Shown one piece after another: positions 1 to 14,765 of a DNA stretch of 64,000 bases. The stretch covers positions 776,458 through 840,457 of the forward strand of contig NW_018408770.1 in assembly GCF_002113885.1 (NCBI RefSeq), written 5' to 3'. A program made the translations under genes and the position numbers. The stretch is from Mizuhopecten yessoensis (taxonomy: Eukaryota). Numbering within the stretch: the stretch's first letter is position 1; every line of letters starts with the position of its first letter. The notes under the pieces were generated by a model that worked only from the letters and a program-made list of their open reading frames with translations, was not told the origin of the DNA and searched no databases.

Positions 1-1120
1 TTGGATCACTTAAATGTCTGATTCTAGATTTTGGTTCCTAAGTTCTCAAACTAAGGGGAGATAAGCTAGCTTGGAAATCCTTCATAAAAGCATCAGGGCT
101 GGTAGCCAGTCTATCGAGGGCATTATAATGAATAGTTCTAATCCAAACCCTAGCATAATTACCGTAGCATTAGAGCAGACTGTCTTCTAACTGATAAATC
201 AATTTGTGACATTTTCCAGTGGAACACTGCAGCCTCACAGCCACTTTAAACATAAAGTGTGGATGACTAATACAATAACACACACAATTGGGCCATTCTA
301 CAGTAACAATAATACAAGACCCAAATTGAAGATTGAAATATTCATGAAAATTTGAATTTGACCTTTCTGAATGTACAAACTTGTAAACAGTAATGAAGTA
401 AATGTGATTGGATTTTGATATGCCTTTGCATCTGTGTAATGAAGTTTATGAATATTGAATTCAACAAAAAAAAAATTATATATAAATATTGAACTTCATA
501 AATATTCAATTCTATGAAATAACATTTCTTCATATCTGTTTTCTAATCCTACATTATCCTTGCTACATATTTAAAAATGTGTGTCATGTCATTAATAGGT
601 TTACTGTATATACAAATTATTTATTTCATGTTTTGCTTAAACATACCAACTGACAAAGTTTTGTACTTAAAGCCAAACTGATCTAACTGACAGTGAATAA
701 CAACAAGATTGTAGGCAGTAGATTTAATTCCTACTGTTGAAAAATAATGCAGTAAATATAACTCTTTGTATTCCATTTTTACCATTGAAATATGAAATAT
801 TATCAGTATGACAAAAGTGATATATTCCCTGCATTGAACATATTTTTGAAATAAAAATTGTGCTGCACCTTCACTAACGTTTATTGAAAGTTGCGATGTC
901 GCAATACAAATGTAACATGCGATCAACTGAGACATCCATTCAAATCTTTGCCCCTATGCATGTTTTGAAAAAGTAATTAAACAAAAATTCAACATTTTCC
1001 CTTCATACTCATCAGAATATCATAACATAGTCATCTTCATGAAATATAAGATTTTCAAAAAATTGGCATCACAAAGACAACCTTAGTTCTGGTCAGTTTA
1101 ACATAACAATCTTTCTTATT

Positions 1121-1212
1121 TACGACATTTACCGATGTTTATATTTTATGACATTTACCGATGTTTATATTTTACGACATTTACCGATGTTTATATTTTA
1201 TGACATTTACCG
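1121..1212. repeat. 26-bp tandem repeat, ~3.5 copies
   Basis: TAYGACATTTACCGATGTTTATATTT starts at 1121, 1147, 1173 and 1199 (last partial). Confidence 0.9.
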
Positions 1213-4200
1213 TACCTACTTGTATTATGTGCTGCAACTGGGATGATGATATCTATGGTTACACAACAATCATGTAACCTTCTAAAGGGATACGTGAACT
1301 TCCTTTCCTGCACATAATGGTACAAGTAAATACCATCTCAATCATAATGTAGCTACTACGTATACGCCAACATCTGCGCGAAAACTTACTACTGACTTCA
1401 GACATGAATGATTTGGCATCCAGTCCATGCACTATGCAATTCTTAGGGCCAGAAGTTAGATTTTTTTATGTTAGCATCTTCTTCAGATTCACTTTTGATT
1501 TAGTGTGTACATGTACTTTTGTGCCAGTTAAATGTCCATGAATTGTCCATGAACTGTTATGAGCATTTCAAGAACAGCTTATCAGCATTCATTCACTGTT
1601 CATGACAATTTTACAGGATAAGAAAATAAGAACAAAATTAATATCTTAACCTTCCAATCAAAACCCGATACAAAATATGATACCTTTGGTTTTATGTACC
1701 AGTAACTTGAATACAGATAGATAAACTAAAAATTACTTGTGTACAGGTTTATATACCAAAAACTTTAACTGGTGTATAATTTCATGTGTCAGTATCTTGG
1801 CTACAATCATGTTCATGTGTCTGAAAAATTCTGCTACATCACTTTTAAACTTGTCCGATCTTGACCATAAACAGAGGACACCACAGAACTCTTGACCCTC
1901 ATTACACCAAGTTTGATGACAATCTATTACTGATTAGGGTTGACCTTGGCCTCTGGGAGGCCTACTGATTATATATACAATTAGGGTAACCGTGCCCAAT
2001 GGGTGGTGTACATGTACTGGCACTAAGGATGGAGGGCACCCAGTGACCAGCTGATGGTGAATAAAGATACCACAGTATACTTGTCTTGATACCAGCAGAC
2101 CTATACATTCCTTTCATCATCTTTATTTGTAAAAATTCATGTCTTCCTGGAATTTTGTATGAGACTTCTATAAAAAGATACCAAGAAAACAACAATTTTC
2201 CCTATGCTATTAAACCAGCTAGCTCCACCCCTTGTGAAGGAGATTTTGATCTCCTTTTATTGCTCAAAAGAGTGTGTCCTATGCATCTTTTTTTCCCTTT
2301 CATATCACATAAAACATGTAACATAAGTCCTGACACCATATGCAGCCCTGCTATAAACATGTACATGCATAGACAATTATTTTAGACCCCCTAACAAAAC
2401 AGGTTGCATCTATTTCATGGAGTGGAAAGCTTGTCCACAAGTTCACACTGGTAGTCAACTTGCAATCTCTGGACATCATGCATAATGAAGGACTAGGAAA
2501 CTATAATAAAGTCTTCTTTGGGAAAAACAAAGCGCCAATATTTCTTCAAGGATGAGGTCCCCGATTCCACAGGTAAATATTGCATGAAGCTTGTAACAGT
2601 GTCATCAGGAAACAACAGATAGAAATAAACCAGCTTCTGACGACTACTCTCATAAAACTTGTCTACAAAACAGAGTTATTGTGATTACATTCCAGCCAGT
2701 TATTGTACAGAATCCTCTGAGCCGATCCATATATCTTTGTCTCATCGCCTGTTCATTACAACTACAAATAGCCTTGGCCATAGACAATACTGGTACTGGA
2801 CCAGCAACCCTTAAAGCCTAGTTAACTTCTTCCTGTGAACAGTAAAATCTTATTACAATGAGATTGTGTTCTAGATTTATTCCAAATCTGCATTATCATA
2901 TTTTAAAATGAATTGATGAGCACAGGCTAAGATAAAAATTGGGATTTTCATTGATATCTAAAGCCATAAACTTATAGAGGAAGAAAGACCCCAGAATATA
3001 TGTGCATCCTTAAAAAGAGTATTTTATACAAAGGGTAGTGTGTTTAGTTATTGCCATGGAAATAGAAGCAGATACAGTAACACTATATATCCTATTGTCT
3101 GCCGCCTGAATTCGTTAATAAAACATGAAAATGACGACAACAGCTTTGTACAACGGCCAGTTGGGCTATACATTAAAGCATCAGGTGAGTCACCAGTGTA
3201 TGTAATGGAAGAATATCTTCGTCATGATATTATTCTCAGGTTTTTTGTTTTCGGAAATCAATATAAACTCATCATCATCATCATTTTCCTTGCGAAATAT
3301 ACCATGCAACAGAATTCCGATGAGTGCATAGGTCTTACATTACATTTATCAATGCTACAGAAAAAATTGTTGTGAAAACAGAAAGATAATTAAATTGTTA
3401 CTGAGATTTTTTAACCGTATTTTCATTTCATTCATACACATGATATGAATCGAAATGAAAAAAACATGAAAATTCTGCGATCAATGTAAAAAAAATACTT
3501 CCATCAATAAAATCAATAGAAATTAATCACACCTGCCTCCATGATATTTGTGTTGCTGTACAACCTGGGGAAGGAGGGTGGGGATCATAGTGGTGATATT
3601 AAAACTCGGTCAATATAAGAAATATTACATCAGCACATGTGATCCATTACATCATCCTATGACCAGCATGATTCTGCTAGACATAAATATCTAGCTACAT
3701 GTTCACAGTGACTTTGCATACATCTTTTAATTTTTATCTAAGATTTATTGACACAGAAAAAATTGCAAAGCCAAAAATTACCCAGTCTTCCCCGGTAATA
3801 CCATTATTATCACCCTTTTAAATGTTCATCTAGGATTTATTGACATTGAAAAATCATAAACCCAAAAATGACTTGGTCTTCCTCAGTATGAAATCAGAGT
3901 ATAATGCTAATAATACACCCATGTCGCTATTAGGGCATCCTGGCTTAATATGGGCAGGAAATTGCCTTCTTCAACCGAAGTTTTCCACTTGAATCACATT
4001 GTAGTGTGCTGGCAGTCACAGCCAGCATCTCGTTCGCTTATTACATCCCCATTGTCATATAACTGCAGTGATTCATTCGTGGCCTCAGAGGCAGTAGAAA
4101 TGCCAACTGTAACTTAAACAGTCTGGCAAATGTAACTCTCCAAAAAGTACATTTCTATCACTGATCAAACACATGATAAACCTAAATGCTTTTAAGGGAC

Positions 4201-4297
4201 CAGCCCTAGTCGGCAGTGAGGTCTGCAGTGTTTGAAAGTGTTTTTACAACAGTATGCTGGTAGGTGTGGGTTCGATTCCTGGTCTCAAGAGTTAAAA

Positions 4298-4380
4298 CTC
4301 ATTCACCCCTGAAATTTTATAATGAACTATTCCAACCATTGAATTGGAAGAGTTCAAATATGTCTTCAGGGGTGAATGAG
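4298..4380 (-). mobile_element. 83-bp palindromic MITE (TTAA-type, piggyBac-like), copy 1
   Basis: TIR CTCATTCACCCCTGAA...TTCAGGGGTGAATGAG followed by TTAA at 4381-4384; interior is the reverse complement of the copies at 11009 and 21505. Confidence 0.8.
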
Positions 4381-5756
4381 TTAATTTGTGTCTAGCCTCT
4401 AACCAAAGTCTATGTATAATTAATTGTGTATACATTATTTCAAGGTAGCTCTTGTTAAAATGTCAAATTTAGTGTGTGAAGACAAAATAAAGAGCAGCTT
4501 AATAGCTACCTTAAGGAAATTGACATCTCAAAAATGAAATGTGTGTAAGGGTGAATGCTAATTTATACTTTTTACCTGACAATAACACAAATGAAGCTTG
4601 TTTCAGTTAAGCCACTTACAAAGTGAAAAAGCACTGACAGTAGGTACACTAACAAGCAATTGTGTGGTTTTAAAACATTTAACTGGTAGCCTGATTATGA
4701 AGAGTGCATCTGTCATACACGAGACCAGGTGTGACCTTCTATACATAAAGTAGATTAGAACTCATACAGACATATTCTGCATTACTTTCCCAGCAGGACT
4801 GACAAACAATTACCCATATACCATTACCCAGCAGACTGTCGGTCAGAGGTGTGTACACTTCTCAACGCCAAAGTGCTGGTGCCAGCAGCACCGGAAAACA
4901 AATACACAATCATGGACATTGCAAATGGTTGTCATGACAACTATAAATGTGTATGGAACCAAAAACCAATTGGACATTCGTTTTACAATTTTGGTTAGAA
5001 GTGCGGGTTCCGTGTAGTGTAGACAGTTATCTAATGTTATTGTTGCCAAGGAGACTCTATCATTTTTATAATTGTATTCATGAATTTGTTAGCAATCGGA
5101 GGAATAAAACCAATTTGTCAGTACAATTTAATTTACTCTCTTGATAATAGCACACGCCTGTATAGAACCATGCAACAACAACAAGCAAACAACCAATTAT
5201 GTCTGTCACAGAAGATTGACTGGTGTCCATGTCAGTTCCATAAACACTACCCTTCTACTAGCGTAGCCCAATTACTGCAAACAAAAATGGTCATGTTGAG
5301 GTCTTGCACAAGGATAAGAAACAGATGTTTGTCAAACCTAACCTAGATTCTTCAACATGTACGTTTCCCGTTAATACAGCCTTGTACAATGCTTAGCAAC
5401 AGAAAGCTTTACTTGTTGAACTAGAAAAAGTAATGACGGTACTTCTTGTATGGGTAAATTTCTCCATAAATTTAATAACACAACTTTGAATGACAATTTT
5501 TTCTTGCATGGCATAACTATGTCACAAATTCCATGCATGCTGTACTGTGGTCATATGAAGATGTTAGTCTTAAACAAGTATCTATTAAAATCAGTCAAGG
5601 GTATTTTCAATGATGTGGTTGGACGATGAAAAGACTCTTGACTCTATGAAAAATTCTTCAGGTCAAGAAAGTCTCTTTTAAAATGAAGAGGTGACATAGT
5701 TTATTTACCTGGGTATTTTATGCCTCCTTTTATCAACCTGGTGTGACGTCATTTTA

Positions 5757-6035
<279 letters not shown>

Positions 6036-6834
6036 TCAACATTCAGGGCACCAATAATTGTAAACTGAACCATTTTTCAATATACCTATATTCTATTTTC
6101 ATTAATCCAGAAAAAATAATTTAAAATCCTGAAAAAAGGGTAAAAATAACCTAGTAATTTATAAAAAAAATCATGATTAGCTGGATTAACTTTTCATGGT
6201 TTTATGTTGATGATATGACAATCCTATTCTCATATGATCTTTTGACCTTCAAAATAGGAAGGATCTTAACAGTAAACAAGAAAAGTACTGTACACACATC
6301 ATGGAATGGGCATTTTCATACAGGGGATAAAACTATAAATTGTATAAATAATAATTATTTCCATAGATAATTATGTAAGTGGAACCTTTTAATTTATGAC
6401 CTCATTAAATTGTTAACTTTATTTTTTAAATATGAAACAACTATCGTTCTTATCATGAACTAAAAAAAAACAACATTCGGAACAATCTACAATAACAATT
6501 TACTAGTCTTCTCAAAGTTTAACCTTTCAAAGGTAACATTTCTACCTTCTAGCTACTTTTTTAATTGATCTTCATTAATAATGAGTTCATTATACCATGA
6601 TTACAGATATTGGTTTGTGATTTTAAATGCTGTTGTGAGTGCCTCCAGACAGACAACCCTCGACAGATGGCCCTGTCAAAGGACAACATTCCATACAGAA
6701 ATCTTTCAAGTCACTGAGTCACAATGGGTTTCTTATGTAAAGGCAAAATCAGACGAGAAATCAACAAAAAAAGTTTTGTTATTATATACACTTTAGACTT
6801 CAATTCATGAGGGACTGGTTGAGCTCATGGTAAT

Positions 6835-8656
6835 GGACACAAACCAATACTGGTCCAGACAAGTCTCTGGACACAAACCAATACTGGTCCGGACTAGTAT
6901 CTGGACACAAACCAATACTGGTAAAGATCAGTCCCTGGACACAAACCAATACTAGTCCGGACTAGTAACTGGACATAAACCAAAACCGGTCCAGACCAGT
7001 ATCTGGACACACACCAATACTGGTCAAGACCTGTCTCTGAACACAAACCAATACTGGTCCAGACCAGTCTCAGGACACAAACCAATACTGGTCCAGACTA
7101 GTCTCTGGACACAAACCAATTCAGGTCCAGACTAGTCTCTGGACACAAACCAATACGGTTCCAGACCAGTCTCTGGACACAAACCTATACAGGTCCAGAC
7201 TAGTCTCTGGACACAAACCAATACAGGTCCAGACCTGGCTTGGGACACAAGCCAATACTGGGCCAGACAAGTCTCTGGACACAAACCAATGCTGGTCTAG
7301 ACCTGGCTCTGGACACAAACCAAAACTGGTCCAGACCAGTCTCGGGACACAAACCAAAACTGGTCCAGACTAGTCTCGGGACACAAACCACCAATACTGG
7401 TCCAGACCAGTCTCTGGACACAAACCACCAATACTGGTCCAGACCTGTCTCTGGACACAAGCCAATACAGGTCCAGACCAGTCTCGAGACACAAACCAAT
7501 ACTGGTCCAGACCAGTCTGTGGACACAAACCAGTACTGGTCCAGATGAGTCTCTGGACACAAATCAATACTGGTCCAGACCTGGCTCGGGACATAAGCCA
7601 ATACTGGGCCAGACAAGTCTCTGGACACAAACCAATGCTAGTCCAGACCTGGCTCTGGACACAAACCAATACTGGTCCAGACCAGTCTTGGGACACAAAC
7701 CAATACTGGTCCAGACTAGTCTCTGGACACAAACCAATACTTGTCCAGACCTGGCTCGGGACACAAGCCAATACTGGGCCAGACAAGTCTCTGGACACAA
7801 ACCAATGCTGGTCTAGACCTGGCTCTGACAAACCAAAACTGGTCCAGACCAGTCTCGGGACACAAACCAATACTGGTCCAGACTAGTCTCTGGACACAAA
7901 CCAATACAGGTCCAGACCAGTCTCTGGACACAAACTAATACTGGTCCAGACCAGTCTCTGGACACAAGCAAATACTGGTCTAGACTATTCTCTGGGCACA
8001 AACCAATACTGGTCCAGACCTGGCTTGGGACACAAGCAAATACTTGACCAGACCAGTCTCAGGACACAAACCAATGCTGGTCCAGACCTGGCTCTGGACA
8101 CAAACCAATACTGGTCCAGACTAGTCTCTGGACACAAATCAATAATGTTCCAGATGAGTCTCTGGACACAAATCAATACAGTTCCAGACCAGTCTCTGAC
8201 ACAAACCAATAATGGTCCAGACCTGGCTCGTGACACAAGCCAATACTGGGCCAGACAAGTCTCGGGACACAAACCTATACTGGTCCACACCAGTCTCTGG
8301 ACACAAATCAATACTGTTCTAGACCAGTCTCTGGACACAAACCAATACTAGTCAAGACCTGGCTCGGGACACAAGCCAATACTGGGCTAGACAAATCTCT
8401 GGACACAAACCAATGCTGGTCTAGACCTGGCTCTGGACACAAACCAATACTGGTCCAGACCAGTCTCTGGACACAAGCAAATACTGGTCCAGACTATTCT
8501 CTGGACACAAACCAATACTGGTCCAGACCTGGCTTTGGACACAAGCCAATACTTGGCCAGACCAGTCTCAGGACACAAACCAATACTGGTCCAGATCTAG
8601 ACCAGTCTCTGGACACAAACAAATACTGGTCCAGATCAGTCTCTGGACACAAACCA
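6835..8656. repeat. 34-bp minisatellite, ~53 copies, intronic
   Basis: Consensus GGACACAAACCAATACTGGTCCAGACCAGTCTCT; explains all repetitive ORFs between 6.9 and 8.7 kb. Confidence 0.97.
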
Positions 8657-11008
8657 GGAACAGGACTGTATAAACATGATTCCAATATATAGTTTACAAG
8701 TTAAAACTGTGACTGAGCAGAGAAGATATACCTCCTCAAACAGTTATTACCTAGATGCAGTTCATATTAAAACTGACTGAATAGGGAACAGTTGTTACCC
8801 AGTTGTAGTTTATAGTAATACCCTGACTTTACCGTATGAAGAGATTACATGTCGTCATACAGGCTTATTTCCCATGAAGTTTAAAGTGAAACTGTGACAG
8901 AACGAAGAGAGTATGCCTGCTGAAACAGTGGGGTGACACAGGTTATTCAGGTGTAATAGTAAACCTAGGGAACTCCTCAAACAGTCCTGTTATCAAGGTG
9001 AAGTTTACAGTAAAACCCTGACCGTGACTGTACAAAGATGGTATTCCTTCTCAAACTGGGTTGTTATCAAACCACATCTGGCCAAGAAAAAGCTATCATC
9101 TTTAAATTTGAATCTCGTTGAGGAGCTCCGGCTATAGACTGACCTAGATATAGTCGACTATATAAGGGATAAGACATTATATAAATTCCTACCTTGTTTG
9201 CTGGTTGCACAGATTAATTGTCTGTGTCAAAAATGTGTGGATCTTTATATCTTCATAACGGAGTTTTGACAATCTTAAATTTATCAATATCTTTGTCATT
9301 GTTCCCCAAGGTAAACAGATCATATTTCCTGGGCTATTATTGGTGTTCTAGATAATTATGAACATACCCATTATTTTCCTATTTTGATTTTTTCGTTACA
9401 ATTCAGCGTTAATTCTAGATGTAAACATGCCCAATTTTTTCCTATATTGGATTTTCATTTCAGTACATGTATTGGGTAAATTCTGGATATGAACAAGATT
9501 TTTCATTTTTTCTATTTAATCACTGTCTTTTAGATTGTGGTGACGTAATCATTTCTACAACCTAAAATAGATATTGATCAGTAATGGACCCGATATCATA
9601 CACAAACACAAACAATGTTAATCTCAAAGGAAGGATGAATAACGATACAAGGCAAGGAAACTGCATCAGTATTGATGAGGCATGAAAACTTCAACCATTA
9701 ACTGAGCTAAATAAATATAAAGTTACAATTCAAAAATTCAAACACACATGAAGATGTAATTATAAGGATACCAGATTCATACAACAGTATATAACAAAAT
9801 ATCAAACAATAATAACGTTTTTATGTGTTATTGACCTGAAATGTATATTTCTAGCACATGTTCTCCAGACATCTAGCACTTATCTCTGGATACTGTATCT
9901 GAAGCAGCTGAATAATTTAATTACGCTAGTGTTATGATCCAGGTGTGATATAATGGGGTCGGTTCACTGACAGTGACAGACGTACATCTATAACAGATTC
10001 AGATACCACTTCTTCTTGAAAGATAGAATGATGTCTTATAATTTTATTTGAAGCTCTAAACATTTTTCTCATGCCATCACTAATTCACCTTAAGTGATAT
10101 TTTAAAATGTTAAATGCATTAAGATTAATTTCACTACATTATATAACCTCATTATATGTTCCACTATACAAAATGTATAATATAGTGATTTTTATATTTG
10201 TAAACTTCTGGACAAATATTGGAGACCAGAAATAATGGAGCAAAATGTTGGTTGCATGCACATGGCACCTACAATGACCTCTGATGGTGGTAGTCTCAGC
10301 ATTATCGCAAGGGGATACGTGTCTTCATTATCACTTATACCAATTCCCATTCATGGTCTTCATTATGTTTGTGATACAATAGCCAGAGAATCAAGAGGTC
10401 ATGAAGATGTGAATAAAGGTGATTTGTCATGAAGCCACAAATCAAATCCATCAGGCCAAAGTTCATGTATCAGAGGTCAAGGTGATGTGATAAAGGTCAA
10501 CTGTTATAAGATGATAATTAACTTTAATTAATTAACTAGAAGTTAACAAGATTTCATTCAAAGATAAGCTTCTCAAACATCTACATTGTATTTCTGGTAG
10601 TAATTATTTATCAATACCATTTGTCACTGAAAGCAATATTAGAGATTCGAAGGAGGGGGGGAGGGGGGGGGGGAGAGAAGGAGGGTTGGTGGGTGGTGGC
10701 GGTGGCTGCAATAATTAACAAACGAAGAGTGATTTGTACCCTTTTGAATGGAAGTACACTGTTATCTCACACATGTAATATAGGTCACAGAGCCACTTAG
10801 AAGAGACAAGGAATTGTACCACACAACCAGGGCTAATTGCCGTGACCCACAATTAACGATACAGACAGTTCCAATGGTGTCCTGAACCACTCCCAGGAAC
10901 TTTCTAGTGATTCTACTGTAGATCTACACTCCTACACAACTTAGTCAAAACATATGTGTGGCATTCCACAACTACTTATGAACTTGGATGACTTTCATCT
11001 TGGTTTAA

Positions 11009-11091
11009 CTCATTCACCCCTGAAGACGCATTTGAACTCTTCTAATTCAAAGGTTGGAATAGTTCATTATGAAAGTTCAGGGGTGAATGAG
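11009..11091 (+). mobile_element. 83-bp palindromic MITE (TTAA-type), copy 2
   Basis: TTAA at 11005-11008, then CTCATTCACCCCTGAA...TTCAGGGGTGAATGAG, right flank TAAA. Confidence 0.8.
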
Positions 11092-11664
11092 TAAACCCAA
11101 ACACTAGGTCTACATTACTGATCTTCTCTTCCAGATATGTGATCTCAAAGTTGCTGATAAAACTGGTATCTATATACATCCAAATGCACAGTCCTAACTT
11201 CTATATCAATTCCTGTTACTTTCTCAAATATTCTAAAACCATGGTCATTGACATATTTTTTTTATCTTTTTAAACTTCAGTAGAACCTATTTGTGTTAAG
11301 CTCTTAAGGCCATGACGTAACTTCTTATGCACAGCCATGGAGTGACTTTGTGTGCAGGATATTCAATCAAAATTCACTGACAAAAAATGTTAATGTACCA
11401 AAACACAGCTTTGAAATGAAGGAGTAATTCAATTTACTTGTAAATTGAATACCTAATTAAGCAGATATTAAATTCAGTGTAAACAGTCACAATTTAAGAT
11501 GCCACTTGGAACATCTGTAAGAAATGAATACCCCTTGTCCCTTAACCTTTGGACCCAGAAATACAAACTCGTCTGAGGTATTGTCATATTTGATCTTTGT
11601 ATAAATTCTGATGAAATTAAAGTCTGTTGAGAAATGAAATCAACAGAGAAGTTACAATGAATTG

Positions 11665-12615
11665 CAAGGTGATTGGACAGGCCGGGATAGACAAGGTGAT
11701 TGGACAGGCCAGGATAGACAAGTTGATTGGACAGGCCGGTATAGACAAGGTGATTGGACAGGCCGGGATAGACATGGTGATTGGACAGACCGGGATAGAC
11801 AAGGTGACTGGACAGGCCGGGATAGACAAGGTGATTGGACAGGCCGGGATAGACAAGTTGATTGGACAGGCCAGTATAGATATGGTGACTGGACAGGCCG
11901 GTATAGACAAGGTGATTGGACAGGCCGGGATAGACATGGTGATTGGACAGACCGGGATAGACAAGGTGACTGGACAGGCCGGGATAGACAAGGTGATTGG
12001 ACAGGCCGGGATAGACAAGGTGATTGGACAGGCCGGGATAGACAAGTTGATTGGACAGGCCAGTATAGATATGGTGACTGGACAGGCCGGTATAGACAAG
12101 GTGATTGGACAGGCCGGTATAGACAAGGTGATTGGACAGGCCGGTATAGACAAGGTGATTGGACAGGCCGGGATAGACAAGGTGATTGGACAGGCCGGTA
12201 TAGACAAGTTGATTGGACAGGCCGGTATAGACAAGTTGATTGGACAGGCCGGTATAGACAAGGTGACTGGACAGGCCGGGATAGACAAGGTGACTGGACT
12301 GGCTGGGATAGACATGGTGACTGGACAGGCCGGGATAGACAAGGTGACTGGACAGGCTGGGATAGACATGGTGATTGGACAGACCGGGATAGACATGGTG
12401 ACTGGACAGGCCGTGATAGACATGGTGACTGGATGGGCCGGGATAGACAAGGTGACTGGACAGGCCGGGATAGACAAGGTGACTGGATAGGCCGGGATAG
12501 ACAAGGTGATTGGACAGGCCGGGATAGACATGGTAATTGGACAGGCCAGGATAGACATGGTGATTGGACAGGCCGAGATAGACATGGTGATTGGACAGGC
12601 CGAGACAGACATGGG
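11665..12615. repeat. 27-bp minisatellite, ~35 copies
   Basis: Consensus CAAGGTGATTGGACAGGCCGGGATAGA; unit length is a multiple of 3 and stop-free in several frames, which produces the VIGQAGIDK / SIPACPITL ORFs. Confidence 0.97.
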
Positions 12616-13982
12616 TAACACTGTATGCCCCAAGTGCCCCCCCCCCCCCTTCCCCATTTTTATTGGGGGAGGGGGCATAATGAAGATTTTAAAAATGAAC
12701 CTTTAAAAAAACATTGAACTCGTAACATATATCAGAACTGGCTATCCAACAATGTTTCCAATGCACATACATACGTAAATATTCAGTCTAGGATAGTAAC
12801 CCAAGTCTGCTTTTCATTAGGCTGACTACACAGAATGGTGGTAATGTATGCATAGAAAGTACAATCTAATCAGTAATCATGTGCTTTTTATCAATACACT
12901 TCCTTATTTAGCTTAGTTTCTCTTGTTTTCTTCACCAAACACGGTCTCTACATGGCCTGCAGCTTGCATGCTAAACTGCCATGAAAACTCCGAGTACAGA
13001 CTCAAACGCCAAAAATCAATCGTTTACCATCTTCTTTGGGTTTATTCCCTTAATCTTGTCTCTAAAAGGCTTCTTGATCGATGGGTGGTGCTGCTGTATA
13101 GCTCGAGTAAGAAATCTAGTGTTTTCAGTGTCAGAAACCGGTAATGTAAATGTTTTTACCATATAAAGTTGTGTCAGCATCTTCTATGGTACTGAAAGGA
13201 ACTTTCGACATTTCCATTGATTTTGACTTACTTGATTTGATCCGACTGTAAGCTTCTGACAAGTGATAAGATAACAATTGACACAAGTATATATAAAACT
13301 CTACCTGAATCTTTGTACAAAAAGGTTATATATATATCTGTAACAAACTTTTATCGTTATGTTCAATCACATACGATAGGCTTTTTACTGGTCTATGTTC
13401 AGCCTTATTTAATAGATATTGTCTTCTCTAGACTTTGTTTCACAATTTACCAAATGACCCATTGGCAATATAGAGAATTTCATTTGAATGCTGTAATTTA
13501 CTGTGCACTTGTAATGTGAACTTTTCTTGTTGCCAGATCCCTAATATTACATTATGTAAAAATATATATTATGAACTGCATATTTGTAAATAAAATATTG
13601 TTTAAACCAATGTGAAATTCCATCAACTCATGTCGAAGTTGATGCCACTACAACAAATTTGAAGATAACCTGGTAGCACAGAAACAAACTACAGGTAGGA
13701 GTTCCACCATAAACAGGGTATTAAAATAATCTTGAAATCAAAGGAAAGTTTAGTATTTGATATGAGTGCAGAATAAGAACTAAAATCTTACCCTTGATGA
13801 TGTTATAGTTATATAATTAGCCAACATTGACCTTTGCTGATCCTATAAATATACCTAGCCAACCTTGAACTTTGCTAATTCTATAAATATACCTACCTGT
13901 GGTGACCATATAGCCAACATTGACCTCATGATGATCCTATAAAGCTTGTTGCCAACATTGACCTTTGGTGACCCTATATATC

Positions 13983-14455
13983 TAGCCAGCATTGCTATTG
14001 CTAACATTGACCTTGGATGACCCTATAAAGTTACCTAGCCAGCATTGCTTATTGCTAACATTGACCTTTGGTAACCCTATAAAGTTATCTAGCCAACATT
14101 GCTTATTGCTAACATTGACCATTGGTAACCCTATGACATTACTTAGCAAGCATCGCTTATTGGTAGCATTGACCTTTGGTAACACTATAAAGTTATCTAG
14201 CCAGCATTGCTTATTGCTAACATTGACCATTGGTAACCCTATGACATTACTTAGCAAGCATCGCTTATTGGTAGCATTGACCTTTGGTAACACTATAAAG
14301 TTATCTAGCCAGCATTGCTTATTGCTAACATTGACCTTGGATGACCCTATAAAGTTATCTAGCCAGCATTGCTTATTGCTAACATTGACCTTTGGTGACC
14401 CTATAAAGTTATCTAGCCAACATTGCTTATTGTTAACATTGACCTCTGATGACCC
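13983..14455. repeat. 54-bp minisatellite, ~9 copies
   Basis: TAGCCAGCATTGCTTATTGCTAACATTGACCTTTGGTAACCCTATAAAGTTATC; 18-aa periodicity in the overlapping ORFs. Confidence 0.93.
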
Positions 14456-14497
14456 CTACAATGTATATAGCTGGCAAACTTTGATGTTTGATGACCA

Positions 14498-14765
14498 TAG
14501 CTAGCCAACATTGGCCTTGATGATTCAACACACTATAGCTATAGCTAGCCAACATTGGCCTTGATGATTCAACACACTATAGATATAGCTAGCCAACATT
14601 GGCCTGATGATTCAACACACTTTAGCTATAGCAAGCCAACATTGGCCTGATGATTCAACACACTTAGCTATAGCAAGCCAACATTGGCCTTGATGATTCA
14701 ACACACTATAGATATAGCTAGCCAACATTGGCCTTGATGATTCAACACACTATAGCTATAGCTAG
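14498..14765. repeat. ~44-bp minisatellite, ~6 copies
   Basis: TAGCTAGCCAACATTGGCCTTGATGATTCAACACACTATAGCTA repeated. Confidence 0.9.

Noticed and set aside
40-120. Minus-strand peptide SPDAFMKDFQASL resembling the next kinase exon (expected TMDPKDFLxEAQIMKKL)
   Set aside because: No suitable acceptor in the required phase, similarity ends immediately and a stop follows; exon 5 is probably outside the window.
4196-4290. tRNA gene suggested by GGTTCGATTCC (4269-4279)
   Set aside because: No cloverleaf or properly spaced A box; at most a decayed SINE head.
6835-8656. CRISPR-like appearance of palindromic 34-bp repeats
   Set aside because: Units are head-to-tail with no unique spacers, no cas genes, and the context is a eukaryotic intron.
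10650-10705. G-rich tract with G-quadruplex potential
   Set aside because: Simple homopolymer runs like several others in the window (27875, 35256, 43463); no further evidence of function.
11617-12678. Long ORFs (353, 287, 318 aa) on both strands, superficially collagen- or antifreeze-like
   Set aside because: They are translations of a 27-bp intronic minisatellite that is open in several frames at once; no unique domain, signal or exon structure.
12923-13215. Coding-like, CpG-containing segment on the minus strand (possible alternative exon)
   Set aside because: Frames are interrupted by stops, no clear splice pair and no recognisable domain; possibly an old transposon fragment, needs BLASTX.
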